From: an uncultured Mycoplasmatota bacterium
GTDB lineage: Bacteria; Bacillota_I; Bacilli_A; RF39; UBA660
Direction: 5' to 3'
Length of the DNA: 64,000 nucleotides
Assembly (NCBI GenBank): GCA_945919295.1
Contig: CAMEJC010000001.1
Span: forward strand, 16,973 to 80,972
Both the position numbers and the translations under genes were made by a program. The notes beneath the pieces were generated by a model that was given only the letters and a program-made list of their open reading frames with translations, did no database searches and was not told the origin of the DNA. This document shows, piece by piece, positions 63,229 to 64,000 of the stretch. Position 1 is the first letter of the stretch, and every line of letters begins with the position of its first letter.

Positions 63229-64000
63229 TCAAATAAGTCCTCTATTCTGAAATTCATTCATTAGAGGCATAGCGAGTTCTTTAGCTTGCGGATGTGGAGC
63301 GCCAGTAGTGCCAATAGCTCTAAGGTTAAAGAAGTGTATCCAGTCTTTAACGAACATAGTTACGATAAGAGGCGAGTTAATAGCGCACGGCAAAATAGTT
63401 CTTGCTTGTTGTGGTTTCCAGTTAAAATTAGAAATTAGTTTATTATAAGCCCATTCACAAGTTTTAAGTGTAAAAAGCCATACATCGATTTCGTTCCAAT
63501 TATCGTTTATATTAAATTGTAGTTGATTACAAAGTTTAAGATAATAATCATCATTAAAGTTATCAATAACATTTTGTTGAATATTAAGCCAAGGTGGTAA
63601 AATAAATTTAATAGAGCCATTACCATTTTTTTCTTTAGTATAATTAATATACCTAGTAGATTCTCTATTAAAAGATCCTTTACGATGTCTTAAAAATTCT
63701 TCGCCAGTAAATCTATCAATAGTAAATTTTACGGTTATTCTTTTTTCGTGTTGAGATTTAGGTTCTGAAAGGAATCTAATATCTTCCATCCAATTATTTT
63801 CGAATAATACTCTAAAATTAGTAGTTATAAACACTTCATGAATTGAATTATTATTATCATTTCTATAAATACTATTTACGTGAGAATATTCATTATTTCT
63901 ATATTTAGAAGCGATAAAAGATACAACATCACCCCAATTATAATAGTCTGTAAAATCTTCAATAATATAATCAGAATGTTTACTAGAATTAAAATTATCT
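63229..64000 (-). CDS. thyX: flavin-dependent thymidylate synthase ThyX (5' end runs off the window)
   Basis: ThyX signature EEFLRHRKGSFNRESTRY (RHRxxxxxxxS); the frame stays open to the window edge; terminator hairpin 62984-63016 downstream. Confidence 0.6.
   Translation of the reverse strand, partial: DNFNSSKHSDYIIEDFTDYYNWGDVVSFIASKYRNNEYSHVNSIYRNDNNNSIHEVFITTNFRVLFENNWMEDIRFLSEPKSQHEKRITVKFTIDRFTGEEFLRHRKGSFNRESTRYINYTKEKNGNGSIKFILPPWLNIQQNVIDNFNDDYYLKLCNQLQFNINDNWNEIDVWLFTLKTCEWAYNKLISNFNWKPQQARTILPCAINSPLIVTMFVKDWIHFFNLRAIGTTGAPHPQAKELAMPLMNEFQNRGLI

Noticed and set aside
1-64000. CRISPR array, reverse transcriptase/DGR, integrase or transposase TnpA
   Set aside because: No regularly spaced short direct repeats with unique spacers were seen. 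No RT, tyrosine/serine recombinase or HuH motifs were seen in any frame

Overview
AT-rich window (about 28-30% G+C by eye) that reads as part of a large virulent-phage-like genome from a low-GC host. The host is probably Bacteroidota-like: TAnnTTTG-type -7 motifs, a TIGR02145/FISUMP domain, BspA-type LRRs and lipoprotein export signals all point that way, although the SD-like AAAAAGGAGG leaders are atypical for that phylum. Positions 1-24.8 kb are + strand. They carry five DNA methyltransferase genes, one of them frameshifted, plus an RNA-repair-like pair (Rnl2/Rnl5-type RNA ligase and a metallophosphoesterase). They also carry a zinc-finger-less TnpB-like RuvC nuclease, an MmeI-like Type IIL restriction-modification fusion enzyme, two paralogous WG-like repeat proteins and a large protein containing a C10 homopolymer. 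From about 25 kb to the end almost everything is on the - strand. This is a hyperplastic region of dozens of small ORFs that fall into at least five multi-copy paralog families, including LRR proteins with expanding tandem repeats. Each ORF or ORF pair is bracketed by a highly conserved intergenic cassette of terminator hairpin, T-rich spacer, roughly 55-bp promoter, conserved 5' leader hairpin and SD-like or degenerate leader. There are more than 28 promoter copies. The window also holds a tRNA cluster: Arg, Leu x2, Ser x2, Met, a Thr-like gene, and one Leu-like tRNA split in the anticodon loop by about 590 bp, which is a candidate group I intron. It encodes a ParB-like protein, a phage sigma factor and a partial thyX. 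Near 62.7-62.9 kb there is a striking C-rich tandem-repeat / G-quadruplex-prone block with a GGGGGTACCCCC palindrome. No CRISPR array, integrase or reverse transcriptase was seen.
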